Positions 31,372 through 32,000 of a stretch of 32,000 bases of DNA are shown one piece after another. The position numbers were made by a program, and so were the translations under genes. Position 1 is the first letter of the stretch. Each line of letters opens with the position of its first letter. The stretch comes from an uncultured Methanocorpusculum sp. (lineage in GTDB: Archaea > Halobacteriota > Methanomicrobia > Methanomicrobiales > Methanocorpusculaceae), in the NCBI GenBank assembly GCA_963667985.1, contig OY764081.1, positions 1,367,599 through 1,399,598 on the forward strand. Reading direction: 5' to 3'. The notes beneath the pieces are model-generated. The model made no database searches. It saw nothing but the letters and a program-made list of their open reading frames with translations, and had not been told where the DNA came from.

Positions 31372-32000
31372 ATGCGGGAAGAGGTCACATCCTTCATCGA
31401 AGCGTATGTGAAGGACGCTTCCCACCTGCGAAAACCGCTGGTCGGTTTTGCCGACTGCACATCCCCGATGTTTCCCGGTTTGAAAACCACCGTGATGCCG
31501 GGACATCTGATGCCGGGACATCTGATGCCGGCCGAGATCCTTTCCGATCCGACGGTCGTCATTTCCTATTTCCTATTTTTTGCCGTTTCAACCTGAGGTC
31601 GCCCTTTCGAATGTTTCCGGGCGGCACGCTTCGAAGAGGTGGGCGGAGTGTTATGGGGAAACGAACCGGCTGATCGCTTCCCTAAACGCCGATCTGATCG
31701 AGTATCTCAAAGATCGCGGCTATCGTGCCGCTTTTGCACAAAACGCCGTGCATCTGGATAAAGAGATCCTGATGAGCTGCTGGTCCCAGCGGCACGTCGC
31801 GGAGATCGCGGGTCTCGGCCGCTTCGGTCTGAACAATCTTCTGATCACCCGGGTCGGTTCATGCGGCCGGTTCGGTTCGCTTGTTACGGATCTTCCTATC
31901 ACGCCGGATGTCCCGGAGATAGAGGAGCGGTGTTTGTATAAACTGACCGGCAAGTGTCAAAAGTGCGTGAAAAACTGCCCGACGGGAGCATTGACCGAGG
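31372..32000 (+). CDS. QueG/reductive-dehalogenase-related 4Fe-4S protein, frameshifted by a 7-bp tandem duplication; runs off the window end
   Basis: ATG at 31372 follows GGAG and gives MREEVTSFIEAYV...VVISYF. The frame continues from 31571 as YFLPFQPEVALSNV...CWSQRHVAEIAGLGRFGLNNLLIT..GSCGRFGSLVTDL...CQKCVKNCPTGAL, which is a QueG-like core with a ferredoxin-type Cys motif. Confidence 0.65.
31495..31531 (+). repeat. tandem 15-bp repeat ATGCCGGGACATCTG x2, plus a partial copy (ATGCCGG)
   Basis: Read directly from the sequence. It is in frame and encodes MPGHL-MPGHL-MP. Confidence 0.95.
31561..31578 (+). repeat. tandem 7-bp repeat ATTTCCT x2, plus a partial copy (ATTT)
   Basis: Read directly from the sequence. 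Removing one unit restores ...VVISYFLPFQPEVALSN... Confidence 0.95.

Noticed and set aside
30162-31562. 466-aa minus-strand ORF, the longest ORF in that region
   Set aside because: It is antisense to apgM, whose translation carries the unmistakable ApgM N-terminal signature. The antisense product is R/D/V-rich with no motifs.

Overview
The window reads as a chromosomal segment of a methanogenic euryarchaeon, probably Methanomicrobiales-like and roughly 50-55% GC. The archaeal and methanogen markers are an MCM helicase, archaeal-type ApgM, Dph6, UPF0212/DUF555, DUF2070, an MptD-like protein and an MTH865-like domain. Coding density is high and most genes are housekeeping: arfC/ribD-type reductase, uvrC, a PfkB kinase, an SDR, an aldehyde dehydrogenase, mcm, a TatD-like hydrolase, a sugar epimerase and apgM.

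The clearly accessory part is a metalloid (arsenic-type) resistance island of about 6.3 kb at 7250-13542. It has two ArsR-controlled modules. One is permease, thioredoxin-fold protein and two DGC-domain proteins. The other is an ArsD-like protein, ArsR, a 45-aa Cys-rich peptide missing from the ORF track, a second permease, ArsC and Acr3.

Other notable points:
- Five genes are visibly disrupted. Three lesions are perfect tandem duplications of 13, 15 and 7 bp. The others are 1-nt frameshifts plus a decayed C-terminal domain.
- A low-GC, bacterial-looking alpha/alpha-toroid gene sits at 18459-19466.
- A modular GC-rich hairpin repeat family has copies in inverted orientation at about 19.6-20.1 kb and 28.8-29.2 kb. 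These bracket the 8.7-kb block that contains mcm.
- A small RHH-like gene is preceded by three phased GTTAC-type sites and sits directly upstream of (stop codon abutting the start of) an asparagine-synthase-like PP-loop gene.

I found no tRNA, rRNA, CRISPR array, transposase or integrase. All functional calls come from motif and family recognition by eye; no database search was run.
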